A stretch of DNA of 64,000 nt, from contig CAZWBA010000004.1 of NCBI GenBank assembly GCA_964631955.1, forward strand, positions 11,440-75,439. Direction: 5' to 3'. Positions 30,003-39,245 of this stretch are shown here, in pieces. Origin of the DNA: an uncultured Verrucomicrobiaceae bacterium. GTDB taxonomy: Bacteria > Pseudomonadota > Gammaproteobacteria > Pseudomonadales > CAMLJR01. Positions within the stretch are counted from its first letter, which is position 1, and the number at the start of each line of letters is the position of its first letter. Position numbers and translations under genes: made by a program. The notes under the pieces were generated by a model. It did not search any database. It was given only the letters and a program-made list of their open reading frames with translations, and was not told the origin of the DNA.

Positions 30003-30368
30003 ATGAGTCTTTTTAATGATTTAGGTGGTGCCAAAGCCCTGGATGCCGTCGTCGATGTCTTTTACAAAAAAGTTCTGGCCGACGATCGTGTCAATGAGTT
30101 TTTTGTGGGCACGGATATGCAGCAGCAGGCCAGAAAGCAAAAGGCTTTTTTGACCTTTGCATTCGGCGGCCCCAATAAATATACCGGCAAAAATATGAAG
30201 GATGGTCACGAGCATCTGGTTGCCCGCGGGCTTAACGATGCGCATGTCGATGCCATTATCGAAATTCTTGGCGCGACCCTGAAAGAATTCAACGTGCCCG
30301 ACGAGAAAATCAAGGAAGTCGCCGATGTCGCTGAAAGCACGCGTGATGCCGTGCTTGGCAGAATCTAA
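30003..30368 (+). CDS. glbN: group 1 truncated hemoglobin
   Basis: MSLFNDLGGAKALDAVVDVFYKKVLADDRVNEFF...GKNMKDGHEHL is the trHbN pattern. 121 aa. GAGGA lies 7 nt before the ATG. Confidence 0.9.
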   Translation: MSLFNDLGGAKALDAVVDVFYKKVLADDRVNEFFVGTDMQQQARKQKAFLTFAFGGPNKYTGKNMKDGHEHLVARGLNDAHVDAIIEILGATLKEFNVPDEKIKEVADVAESTRDAVLGRI

Positions 30369-30402
30369 AAGTTTCAGCGAGAAGCCTTCAGATTTTTTCA
30401 TA

Positions 30403-30447
30403 AAAGAAAGGCCGGCACTTTTTACAGCGCCGGCCTTTCTTTTTTTA
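30403..30447. terminator. bidirectional rho-independent terminator (glbN / LLM oxidoreductase)
   Basis: AAAGAAAGGCCGGC-(12 nt)-GCCGGCCTTTCTTT, a perfect 14-bp stem, followed by a further T-run. Confidence 0.9.
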
Positions 30448-30457
30448 TATTCTTCGA

Positions 30458-31378
30458 TTACTGCACTCTGGGTTTGACTTCCTCGATGATCCATTGCGCG
30501 TAATCCAGATAGGCTTCCATATCCTTTACCGGCGGAATTGGAACGCCGCTGATGGTGACGCCCAGCTCTTTCAATCGATTCAGCTGATCCACGATTTGCT
30601 GACTGCTCAACTGCGTTTTCGCATTTAATTCTGCGTTGACCTTATGCCCTTCGCCAACGCGCTCGGTCGCAATGCCGCGCATCACTTCCAGCGGGCCGCC
30701 CTTGTAGGTCGACTGCGATTTGATGAAATCGATACGCGCCGGAATATCTTCCGATTTCGTTAAAAACGTACTCCAGCCGGACGCATATTTAGCGATGCGC
30801 TTGAGTGCGGCATCGGAATCTCCACCCATCCAGATCGGCATATACGGCTTTTGCACGGGTTTCGGTTCGAATGCCACATCCTTGAAGGAAACATATTTAC
30901 CTTCGTAACTCGGCGATTCCTGCGTCCATAATTCGATCATCGCTTCGAGATATTCGTCGGCCATGCGGCCACGCTCGCGAAACGGCACGCCGAGCAACTC
31001 GAATTCACCTTCCAGCCAGCCCACACCGAAAGTGACTTCGACACGCCCGTTGCTGAGCCAGTCGAGTGTCGACAATGCCTTCGCCATCACGATGGGATGC
31101 TGCAGCGGCAGGATGGTGATTGCCGTGCCGACGCGAATGCGTTGCGTTGCCCCCAGAAAATAACCCTGCGCGGCTTGCGAATGGAAATAATGCGGGCCCG
31201 ACAATTCGACATGGTTGCGCGGAATGATGAAATGCTCGGGCACATAAATCATGTCGTAACCGAGCTCATCGGCGCGCCTGGCCATACGCGTCTGATCCGC
31301 GCCCGTCACCCTCGCCTCCCACGGTTGCATCGTCGCTTTGAGCCGCAACATATGTGGCATCGGAAAAGACAATTTCAT
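30458..31378 (-). CDS. LLM-class (luciferase-like) flavin/F420-dependent oxidoreductase
   Basis: ...ADELGYDMIYVPEHF...RIRVGTAITILPLQHPIVMAKALSTLDWLSNGRVEVTFGVGW... 306 aa. Confidence 0.82.
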   Translation of the reverse strand: MKLSFPMPHMLRLKATMQPWEARVTGADQTRMARRADELGYDMIYVPEHFIIPRNHVELSGPHYFHSQAAQGYFLGATQRIRVGTAITILPLQHPIVMAKALSTLDWLSNGRVEVTFGVGWLEGEFELLGVPFRERGRMADEYLEAMIELWTQESPSYEGKYVSFKDVAFEPKPVQKPYMPIWMGGDSDAALKRIAKYASGWSTFLTKSEDIPARIDFIKSQSTYKGGPLEVMRGIATERVGEGHKVNAELNAKTQLSSQQIVDQLNRLKELGVTISGVPIPPVKDMEAYLDYAQWIIEEVKPRVQ

Positions 31379-31565
31379 CGCTGCTCTCCTGGTTCCGGAT
31401 ACACGCTCACCGATTGCATATTCGTGAACATATGCATTCCACGATGCACACGCTCAACGATGTGAGTCTGAAAATATCGCTGCAATGATTGCATCGACGC
31501 GCAGCATTGTATTCGGCAAATTCCGCGAGGTTCATTACATCTGGGTTAGAAATGCAATGCTTGCG

Positions 31566-32654
31566 CTATGTCCGATAAGTACCGTCCATGACCGAACGCC
31601 ACCATGCAGAATTTTCCAGATACCAGCGCACGGTTTTGCGCAGCCCCGTTTCAAACGATTCACGCGGCAGAAAACCCAGCTCGTGCTGCGCTTTGGTCGC
31701 ATCGATCGCATAACGCAGATCGTGGCCGGGCCGATCGGTGACAAATGTAATCGCCTCTCTGCTCGGTTTTCCCTGTGCAGCCAGCGCTGCAGGAAAGTGT
31801 TGGGACCATTGCTGATCTGCGGAGAATTCAGCATCGATCAGCTCGCATAATTCGTTGACGACATCGATATTCGTCCACTCGTTATTGCCGCCGATATTAT
31901 AGGTTTCACCGACCACACCTTTCTGCAGAATCAGATCGATGCCATACGCATGATCCTCGACATACAGCCAGTCGCGAATATTGCGGCCGTTGCCATAAAT
32001 AGGCAGCGCCCTGCCCTGCAATAAATTGGTGATGCAGAGCGGAATCAGCTTTTCGGGAAAGTGGTACGGACCGTAATTATTCGAGCAGTTGCTCGTGGTC
32101 ACCTGCAAACCATAGGTGTGATGATAGGCGCGCACGAGATGATCCGATCCGGCCTTGCTCGCCGAGTAAGGACTGTTCGGCTGATATTGATTTTCTTCGC
32201 GAAACGCTGGCGCATCCGGCGCAAGTGAACCGAATACCTCGTCCGTGGAAATATGATGGAAGCGATGTGGCGTGCCACTGCCGCTCAACCATACTGCGCG
32301 CGCCGCCTTGAGCAGACTGTGCGTGCCGATGACATTGGTGGTGACAAAAGCGTCGGGGCCGGTGATCGAACGGTCGACATGGCTCTCCGCAGCGAAATGC
32401 ACGAGCGTATCGATGCCGTGCTCGCGCAGCAAACGTTCGACCAATACGCTATCGCAGATATCGCCGACCACCAGTTGCACGCGGTCGCCCGAGCGGCCAT
32501 CGACACCACAGATACTGTCGAGGTTGTGGCGGTTGCCTGCATAGGTGAGTGCATCGAGCACAATGATTTCTGCCGCCGGATAATGCTGCACATAATAATG
32601 TACGAAATTCGCACCGATAAAACCCGCACCACCGGTGACCAGCAATTTTGCCAT
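31566..32654 (-). CDS. rfbB: dTDP-glucose 4,6-dehydratase
   Basis: MAKLLVTGGAGFIGANFV..., YSASKAGSDHLVRAY catalytic YxxxK. 362 aa. Confidence 0.93.
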   Translation of the reverse strand: MAKLLVTGGAGFIGANFVHYYVQHYPAAEIIVLDALTYAGNRHNLDSICGVDGRSGDRVQLVVGDICDSVLVERLLREHGIDTLVHFAAESHVDRSITGPDAFVTTNVIGTHSLLKAARAVWLSGSGTPHRFHHISTDEVFGSLAPDAPAFREENQYQPNSPYSASKAGSDHLVRAYHHTYGLQVTTSNCSNNYGPYHFPEKLIPLCITNLLQGRALPIYGNGRNIRDWLYVEDHAYGIDLILQKGVVGETYNIGGNNEWTNIDVVNELCELIDAEFSADQQWSQHFPAALAAQGKPSREAITFVTDRPGHDLRYAIDATKAQHELGFLPRESFETGLRKTVRWYLENSAWWRSVMDGTYRT

Positions 32655-32892
32655 GTTGGTTTTTCCTCAGCCTTCTTGTTTTTGTGTTTCTTCGTTCAAT
32701 GGAAATACATCATCGCTTCAATGAATAATGCAGCGCTGTAATACAAAACACAGACACAACGCAGCCTACCGATTCAACCGCTGCGAAGCAACGAAGACTT
32801 GCCCGCCCTATCGGGTTGATAGTTATTGCGCATCGACAGGATAAATCCGCTAGAATTGCGCAGCTTTCTTCACACATAACCGGAGCAGCGTC

Positions 32893-33504
32893 GTGGCCTC
32901 CCCAAAACAATTTTCGCGTTTCAAAATCAAACGCATGACGGCAAGCCATCCCGCAATGACCAAGTTGAAGCGTGAAGGCCATGTCGCTTCGATTCATGGT
33001 CACAAGCATTGGCCATCCGCCGATCTGTTAATGGATTTTCTCGAACAACATCCGCTGCCTAAACGCAAACACGTCATCGATGTGGGATGCGGCTGGGGGC
33101 TCAGCGGAATTTATTGTGCAAAAACATTCAATTCGAAAGTCACTGCAGTCGATGCGGATGATGCGGTATTTCCATATCTGCACGCGCACGCCGATCTGAA
33201 CGACGTCGGCATCAAAACGCACCACGGCGATTTCAAATCGGTAAAAGGCAAGGTGCTCGACAATGTGCATACGGTCGTCGGCACCGATATCTGCTTCTGG
33301 GATGAACTGGTAAAACCGCTTTATAACGTCATCAAACGTTCGCTGAATGCCGGCGCCAAACGTATCGTTATCGTCGATCCGGGCCGCTCGCCTTTCTTTG
33401 AACTGGCCGCAAAATGCGAGAAGAAATTCGGTGGCGAGCTGATTGACTGGACCAGCGATAAATACCCGAAAATCGACGGTTACGTTCTCTATATCAAAAA
33501 ATAA
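32893..33504 (+). CDS. class I SAM-dependent methyltransferase
   Basis: VIDVGCGWGLSGIYCA (motif I) ... AVDADD ... VVGTDICF. GTG start with GGAG 7 nt upstream; ATG 32935 is an alternative. Confidence 0.75.
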   Translation: MASPKQFSRFKIKRMTASHPAMTKLKREGHVASIHGHKHWPSADLLMDFLEQHPLPKRKHVIDVGCGWGLSGIYCAKTFNSKVTAVDADDAVFPYLHAHADLNDVGIKTHHGDFKSVKGKVLDNVHTVVGTDICFWDELVKPLYNVIKRSLNAGAKRIVIVDPGRSPFFELAAKCEKKFGGELIDWTSDKYPKIDGYVLYIKK

Positions 33505-33520
33505 TCATCTAACACTGTCA

Positions 33521-33538
33521 CTCCCGCGCAGGCGGGAG
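33521..33538. repeat. REP-like GC hairpin
   Basis: CTCCCGC-gcag-GCGGGAG, 17 nt after the methyltransferase stop, with no T-run. Confidence 0.5.
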
Positions 33539-33647
33539 CCCAGCCTGGCAGCACCTTTGAATCGGCGCGCTTTTCACCAAACCGGCACGCCCCATTCACC
33601 CAATCGCCCGATTCACCAAACCGTCACAATTATGTAACGCGATTGCA

Positions 33648-34223
33648 ATGGCACAGCGCGACGCTGTAGTCATGATGAATAGAACGCGCTGGTTACATAA
33701 TTTCTATCAACACGGCATCTATCAGTATGAATTGCAGATGCTGCTCTGGTTTATGCACAGACGTCATCGGCAAATCTGGATAGCGGCGGCACGCGCCTGT
33801 TCGCGCAGCGGCGATGGTTTGCTGCAAATCCTCCTGCCAGCCCTGTTGTGGTTACTCGACAGCACCAACGGCCCTCGATTATTCGTGATCACCGCAATCG
33901 CCTTCTGCATCGAACGCCCCGTGTACTGGATTCTCAAAAATGGTTTTCAGCGCAGGCGCCCACCGGAAATCGTGCCAAGCTTTCGCAGTGTCATCACCGC
34001 ATCGGACCGTTTCAGCTTTCCATCGGGCCACACCTGCGGCGCATTTGTTCTCGCGGGGCTGGTCAGCGAAACCTATGCAACAATGACATTGCCCTTGTAT
34101 TTGTGGGCGAGCGCTGTCGGCGTATCGCGCGTCGTGCTCGGCGTGCATTTTCCCACCGACATTCTGGCCGGTGCCCTGCTCGGCAGCGGCATCGCCTGGT
34201 TCGTTATCAGCAACTTCTCGTAA
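33648..34223 (+). CDS. PAP2-family phosphatase (membrane)
   Basis: KxxxxxxRP (KNGFQRRRP), PSGH (SFPSGHTCGAF) and SRxxxxxHxxxD (SRVVLGVHFPTD) acid-phosphatase motifs. The start is uncertain (33648, 33672 or 33675). Confidence 0.85.
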   Translation: MAQRDAVVMMNRTRWLHNFYQHGIYQYELQMLLWFMHRRHRQIWIAAARACSRSGDGLLQILLPALLWLLDSTNGPRLFVITAIAFCIERPVYWILKNGFQRRRPPEIVPSFRSVITASDRFSFPSGHTCGAFVLAGLVSETYATMTLPLYLWASAVGVSRVVLGVHFPTDILAGALLGSGIAWFVISNFS

Positions 34224-34288
34224 CTGCCCCTTTGATAGCCCCCTTACTTGCTGAACCCGCTTTCAAATAACTCCTGAGCGTTCATGAG

Positions 34289-35356
34289 ATGAAAATTCTC
34301 TACGGTGTACAGGGAACCGGCAACGGACATATCAGCCGCTCGCGCAAAATGGCTGCGCATTTACAGGCGCGCGGCGCCGATGTCACCTATTTATTTTCCG
34401 GGCGCGAACGCGATCGTTTATTCGATATGGAATGTTTTGGCGATTTCGAATATCGCACCGGCTTGACCATGATTCAGGAAAACGGCGCAGTTTTGATGGC
34501 ACCGACTATTCTGAGCTCGCACCCGGGCGAATTCATTCGCGATGTGCGCACGCTCGATCTCTCGCCCTACGATTTGATCGTGAGTGATTTCGAACCCGTT
34601 ACCGCGTGGGCGGCAAAGCTATCGAATAAAACCTGCATGGGCATCGGCCATCAGTATGCGTTCCGCGCGAATATTCCACGCCGGGGCGATACCGCTGCCA
34701 GCAATATCGTGATGAAATATTTTGCGCCGGTCGATATTCCGATCGGATTGCACTGGCATCATTTCGATAATGAAATTTTGCCGCCGATCATCGACCCACA
34801 ACTGCGACACAAGCCTGGTCGTGTGGCGCACATCCTGATTTATCTGCCGTTTGAAAATCAGCAAGTCGTCACGCAATTGCTGCAACGCTTCGACCATTTG
34901 CATTTCGTTCAGTACTCACCCGACCTCAGCGATCGCGAAGCGGGTAATGTCAGCTTGCGACGCACGAATCTGCACGGCTTTCGCGACGACTTGTGTCACG
35001 CACAAGCCGTGTTTTGTAACGCAGGCTTTGAGCTGGTCGGCGAATGTATTCATATGGGGATCCCCACGCTCGTCAAACCCGTGAAGGGGCAGATGGAACA
35101 AATGTCCAATGCATTTTCCCTGCAACAATTAGGCTGGGGCAGCGCAACCGATATCATCGATTACGCAACGCTGAAAAACTGGCTCGAAGGCGAACGTCGC
35201 GTAATGTCCGTGCAATATCCCGACGTCGCTGCATCGCTAGCCGAATGGATATTGAAGGGTGACTGGAATGATAAATACGCGCTGTGCAAAGCACTGTGGG
35301 ATGACACGCGCAGCTGCGCGACCGATTTTATTTCCCCCTTTGCAAAAGAGGGTTAG
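34289..35356 (+). CDS. glycosyltransferase, MJ1255/VC2487-like family
   Basis: MKILYGVQGTGNGHISRSRKMAAHL... is the characteristic N-terminus. 355 aa. The last 7 codons and the stop codon lie inside the repeat at 35334..35418. Confidence 0.8.
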   Translation: MKILYGVQGTGNGHISRSRKMAAHLQARGADVTYLFSGRERDRLFDMECFGDFEYRTGLTMIQENGAVLMAPTILSSHPGEFIRDVRTLDLSPYDLIVSDFEPVTAWAAKLSNKTCMGIGHQYAFRANIPRRGDTAASNIVMKYFAPVDIPIGLHWHHFDNEILPPIIDPQLRHKPGRVAHILIYLPFENQQVVTQLLQRFDHLHFVQYSPDLSDREAGNVSLRRTNLHGFRDDLCHAQAVFCNAGFELVGECIHMGIPTLVKPVKGQMEQMSNAFSLQQLGWGSATDIIDYATLKNWLEGERRVMSVQYPDVAASLAEWILKGDWNDKYALCKALWDDTRSCATDFISPFAKEG

Positions 35357-35418
35357 GGGATTTAAACCCGGTTGTAAAAATCCCCTTAGGCTCTTCTCCC
35401 CTTTAATAAAAGGGGAGA
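35334..35418. repeat. divergent copy of the composite three-hairpin repeat (between convergent GT and thiolase genes)
   Basis: CCCCCTTTGCAAAAGAGGG (compare copy 1 CCCCCTATGCAATAGGGGG), TAGGGGATTT-(loop)-AAATCCCCTTA and TCTCCCCTTTaataAAAGGGGAGA. Confidence 0.65.
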
Positions 35419-35424
35419 CTCATG

Positions 35425-36576
35425 TCATAAACGTTCGATAATCGTCACGTTCGCAACACCGCCACCTTCGCACATCGTCTGCATGCCGTAACGCAAATTG
35501 CGGCGCTCCAGTTCGTGCAGCAACGTCGTCATCAATTTGGTGCCCGTGGCCCCGAGCGGATGACCCAGCGCAATCGCGCCGCCGTTGACATTGGTTTTCT
35601 CCGGCGAGTAACCCGTTTCCTTGAACCACGCAATCACCACCGACGCAAACGCTTCATTGATTTCGACGAGATCGATATCGTTCCAGCTCATACCCGCCTT
35701 TTTCAATGCGGCTGCGGTAGCGGGAATGGGTGCGGTCAGCATGAATACCGGATCGGCGCCATGCACATGCATCGAATGAATGCGGGCGCGCGGTGTCAGG
35801 TTGTAACGCTTGAGCGCCTTTTCCGACACGATGAGCATCGCCGACGCGCCATCGCTCACCTGGCTCGATACGCCTGCAGTGATGCGACCATTCGGGCGAA
35901 TCGGTTCGAGCGTCGCCATTTTTTCCAGCGACGTATCGCGGCGCGCCGTTTCATCCATTTTCAGCTCCGGCATCGCCAGAACTTCTTTATCGAAATAGCC
36001 ATTGTCGATGGCATTGATCGCGCGACGATGACTTTCGAGCGCAAACTCTTCCATATCGCGACGTGAAATATTCCATTTCTCCGCGATTAATTCGGCGCCG
36101 CGAAATTGCGAAATTTCCTGATCGCCATACCGCTCGCGCCAACCAACCGAGCCCAGATAGGGCTCGGCCAGACCGCGCTCGCTCGCGAAATGAATCGACG
36201 ATTGAATTGGAATTTGCGTCATCGTCTGCACGCCGCCGGCGATGAGCACATCCTGCGTGCCCGACATTACGGCCTGCGCGGCAAAATGCACGGCCTGTTG
36301 CGACGAACCGCATTGGCGCTCGATGGTCACGCCCGGCACGTGCTCGGGCAAACCGGCCACGAGCGCGGTCGTGCGCGCCACATTGGCAGCGAGCGGGCCG
36401 ACCTGATCGAGACAGCCCCAGATCACATCCTCGTAATCATCGGCAGGAATGCCGTTGCGTGCCACCAGCGCCTTGATCGCACGCGCACCGAGATCGGCGC
36501 CGTGAATTTGCGAGAGACTACCTTTGCGCCGACCAACGGGACTACGCAACGCGTCGACGATATAGGCTTCAGCCAT
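35425..36576 (-). CDS. acetyl-CoA C-acyltransferase (thiolase)
   Basis: MAEAYIVDALRSPVGRRKGSL..., TIERQCGSSQQA (active-site Cys), C-terminal GLQTMCEGGGVAN-type motif. 383 aa. Confidence 0.92.
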   Translation of the reverse strand: MAEAYIVDALRSPVGRRKGSLSQIHGADLGARAIKALVARNGIPADDYEDVIWGCLDQVGPLAANVARTTALVAGLPEHVPGVTIERQCGSSQQAVHFAAQAVMSGTQDVLIAGGVQTMTQIPIQSSIHFASERGLAEPYLGSVGWRERYGDQEISQFRGAELIAEKWNISRRDMEEFALESHRRAINAIDNGYFDKEVLAMPELKMDETARRDTSLEKMATLEPIRPNGRITAGVSSQVSDGASAMLIVSEKALKRYNLTPRARIHSMHVHGADPVFMLTAPIPATAAALKKAGMSWNDIDLVEINEAFASVVIAWFKETGYSPEKTNVNGGAIALGHPLGATGTKLMTTLLHELERRNLRYGMQTMCEGGGVANVTIIERL

Positions 36577-36704
36577 GGTGGAACTCCTCTACGACTTTCG
36601 TTAAAAAATAAATTGCTCTTTAAAAAACTGCTCGAAATTGGCGGCGATTTTAAGCGCTCGGCTCTTATTAGCAAAGCCGATACATTTTTATGCGGTGGAT
36701 TACT

Positions 36705-36794
36705 GTAGGGGCGCCGCTTGCTGCGCCCATGATGCGAACATCGCCTGTGCCCATTTATCGATCGCGATACGGGCGCAGCAAGCAGCGCCCCTAC
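36705..36794. repeat. inverted pair of REP-like elements (BIME-like)
   Basis: GTAGGGGCGCCGCTTGCTGCGCCC ...42 nt... GGGCGCAGCAAGCAGCGCCCCTAC: 24-nt arms with 23/24 complementary. Each arm is itself a GGGCGC/GCGCCC hairpin. The element ends 2 nt from the uvrB stop. Confidence 0.8.
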
Positions 36795-36796
36795 GA

Positions 36797-38818
36797 TCAC
36801 GTCAGTGCCTCGTATTTAAGCGCCGCCAGCTCATCGCGCACCTGGGCGGCTTCTTCGAATTCGAGATTTTTCGCATGCTCGTGCATTTTCTGTTCGAGCC
36901 GTCTGATCTCTTTCTGACGCTGCTGCGGCGTCATATCCGCGATCGAATTGCCGTAACGTGCGCCCGGCTCTGCCACTTTGCGCGCTTTCGCGGCACCTCG
37001 TTTACCGCGCGAACCCGGCGCATGCGCAGCTTCCAGGATATCGGTGATATTTTTCTTCACGCCCTTCGGCACGATGCCATGCTGTTCGTTGAAGGCCTGC
37101 TGTTTTTCACGGCGGCGATTGGTTTCGTCGATGGCTCGCTGCATCGAGCCGGTGACTTTATCGGCGTAAAGGATCGCCCGGCCATTCAGATTGCGTGCGG
37201 CGCGGCCGATGGTTTGAATGAGCGAGCGCTCCGATCGCAAAAAGCCTTCCTTGTCCGCATCGAGAATCGCCACGAGCGACACCTCGGGCATATCGAGACC
37301 TTCGCGCAACAGGTTGATACCGACCAGCACATCGAAATTGCCCAGGCGCAAATCGCGAATGATTTCCACGCGCTCGACGGTTTCGATATCCGAATGCAGA
37401 TAGCGCACTTTCACATTGTGATCGCCGAGGTATTCGGTGAGATCCTCAGCCATGCGCTTGGTCAAGGTGGTGACCAATACACGCTCGTTGACAGCCACGC
37501 GCCTGTGAATTTCCGACAGCAAATCGTCGACCTGCGTGCGCGCCGGACGCACCTCAACTTGTGGATCGACCAGACCCGTCGGTCGCACGACCTGCTCGAC
37601 GATGCGCGCCGCTTTTTCACCTTCATACGGGCCGGGCGTTGCCGACACGAAAATCAGCTGTGGCACGAGCCGCTCCCATTCCTCAAAACGCAGCGGGCGA
37701 TTATCTAACGCCGAAGGTAAGCGGAAGCCGTATTCGACGAGCGTTTCCTTGCGCGAGCGATCGCCCTTGTACATCGCACCGATCTGAGGAACCGATACGT
37801 GCGATTCATCGACGACGACCAGCGCATTCGGCGGCAGATAATCGAACAACGTCGGCGGCGGTTCGCCTGGCGCACGGCCCGATAAATAACGTGAATAATT
37901 TTCGATACCGTTGCAATAACCCAGCTCGCGGATCATTTCCATATCGAAACGTGTGCGCTGCTCCAGACGCTGCGCTTCGACGAGTTTGTTATGCTCTTTT
38001 AAATATTTGAGACGTTCGCGCAATTCCTCTTCGATGTAATCGACCGCTTGCAACAGGGTTTCGCGCGGCGTGACATAGTGCGACTTCGGAAACACGGTAT
38101 AACGCGGCAGTTTCGCGATAATTTCACCGGTGAGCGGATCGAACGTCGAAATATTTTCGATATTGTCGTCGAACAGCTCGACACGCACGGCATCGCGTTC
38201 GGATTCGGCGGGATAGATATCGATGATGTCGCCGCGCACACGGTAAGTGCCGCGCCCGAAGGCCTGATCGTTGCGCGTGTACTGCATCTCGGCGAGCCTG
38301 CGCAGAATCGCGCGCTGCTCGACGGGCTGGCCGCGATCCATGTGCAACACCATTTTGAAATACTGATCGGGATCGCCCAAACCATAGATTGCGGAAACGG
38401 TCGCCACGATGATCGCATCTTCGCGCTCCATCAGCGCCTTCGTCGCCGACAGCCGCATCTGCTCGATGTGATCGTTGATCGACGCATCCTTCTCGATATA
38501 GGTATCGGAAGACGGCACATAGGCTTCGGGCTGGTAATAGTCGTAGTAGGAAACGAAATACTCGACAGCGTTATTGGGAAAAAACTCTTTGAATTCGCCG
38601 TAAAGCTGTGCGGCGAGCGTTTTGTTCGGCGCCATCACGATGGTCGGGCGCTGAATTTCCTCCACCACATTCGCAACCGTAAACGTCTTGCCCGAACCCG
38701 TCACGCCGAGCAGCGTCTGCGCCATGAGGCCTGCACGAATGCCCTCCACCAGCTCGCGAATCGCAGCCGGCTGATCGCCCGCAGGCTGATACGGCGAAGC
38801 CACTTTGAACGGACGCAT
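36797..38818 (-). CDS. uvrB: excinuclease ABC subunit B
   Basis: [29 protein letters not shown].. through the C-terminal UVR domain ([13 protein letters not shown]). The ATG at 38818 gives 673 aa. The 44-codon upstream extension in the track ORF is spurious. Confidence 0.96.
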   Translation of the reverse strand: MRPFKVASPYQPAGDQPAAIRELVEGIRAGLMAQTLLGVTGSGKTFTVANVVEEIQRPTIVMAPNKTLAAQLYGEFKEFFPNNAVEYFVSYYDYYQPEAYVPSSDTYIEKDASINDHIEQMRLSATKALMEREDAIIVATVSAIYGLGDPDQYFKMVLHMDRGQPVEQRAILRRLAEMQYTRNDQAFGRGTYRVRGDIIDIYPAESERDAVRVELFDDNIENISTFDPLTGEIIAKLPRYTVFPKSHYVTPRETLLQAVDYIEEELRERLKYLKEHNKLVEAQRLEQRTRFDMEMIRELGYCNGIENYSRYLSGRAPGEPPPTLFDYLPPNALVVVDESHVSVPQIGAMYKGDRSRKETLVEYGFRLPSALDNRPLRFEEWERLVPQLIFVSATPGPYEGEKAARIVEQVVRPTGLVDPQVEVRPARTQVDDLLSEIHRRVAVNERVLVTTLTKRMAEDLTEYLGDHNVKVRYLHSDIETVERVEIIRDLRLGNFDVLVGINLLREGLDMPEVSLVAILDADKEGFLRSERSLIQTIGRAARNLNGRAILYADKVTGSMQRAIDETNRRREKQQAFNEQHGIVPKGVKKNITDILEAAHAPGSRGKRGAAKARKVAEPGARYGNSIADMTPQQRQKEIRRLEQKMHEHAKNLEFEEAAQVRDELAALKYEALT

Positions 38819-38991
38819 GACGAACCACTCCCAAACCTTCAACAGATCGCCACTATTGGGGCTGGCTGCCTTTTCTGCAAGGAGAGAGGCCGGAGGGAAC
38901 GCTCGCCGCCGCTCCTGCGGGGCCGGCCGGAACGCCCGCAGACACGGCAATTTGCCTATGGATTCATCGGCTTAGCGCTACAAAAAAGCAG

Positions 38992-39020
38992 TTGACTGAG
39001 CTGGGATCGGGCTTTACTAT
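38992..39020 (+). promoter_or_regulatory. sigma70 promoter of tRNA-Asn with GC-rich discriminator
   Basis: TTGACT-(17 nt)-TACTAT followed by GCGCGCC, about 20 nt before the mature tRNA 5' end. This looks like a stringently controlled stable-RNA promoter. Confidence 0.6.
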
Positions 39021-39041
39021 GCGCGCCTCACCGAGTTTCCT

Positions 39042-39117
39042 TCCGCCTTAGCTCAGTCGGTAGAGCAAATGACTGTTAATCATTGGGTCGCTGGTTCGAG
39101 CCCAGCAGGCGGAGCCA
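39042..39117 (+). tRNA. tRNA-Asn (anticodon GTT)
   Basis: TCCGCCT acceptor pairs with AGGCGGA. D-arm AGCTCAGTCGGTAGAGC, anticodon loop CTGTTAA, T-arm GGTTCGAGCCC, encoded CCA. 76 nt. Confidence 0.95.
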
Positions 39118-39121
39118 AATC

Positions 39122-39151
39122 AAAAAGGGCTGCAGAAATGCAGCCCTTTTT
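39122..39151. terminator. bidirectional rho-independent terminator after tRNA-Asn
   Basis: A5-GGGCTGCA-gaaa-TGCAGCCC-T5: a perfect 8-bp stem with U-tails possible on both strands. Confidence 0.88.
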
Positions 39152-39245
39152 CATTTCCGCCCATTTCGCTTCTGGGCTTCTAGTTTCTACACTCCTTTGT
39201 TTCTCTACTCCCTTTTTTCTCCGCCTCCCCTTATCCAGCGCGCGC
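39152..39245 (-). other. purine-rich, GGA-dense tract (minus strand) abutting the bidirectional terminator; candidate Csr/Rsm-type sRNA body
   Basis: The plus strand is roughly 85% pyrimidine by eye. There are six TCC (GGA on the minus strand) at 39156, 39193, 39209, 39220, 39226 and 39234. No ORF explains it. Confidence 0.25.

Noticed and set aside
38819-38991. A LexA/SOS box upstream of uvrB, and the hairpin CTGCGGG-(13 nt)-CCCGCAG at 38915-38941.
   Set aside because: No CTGT-N8-ACAG-type motif is present on either strand. The hairpin is short with a palindromic CCGGCCGG loop, and nothing distinguishes it from chance GC-rich self-complementarity.
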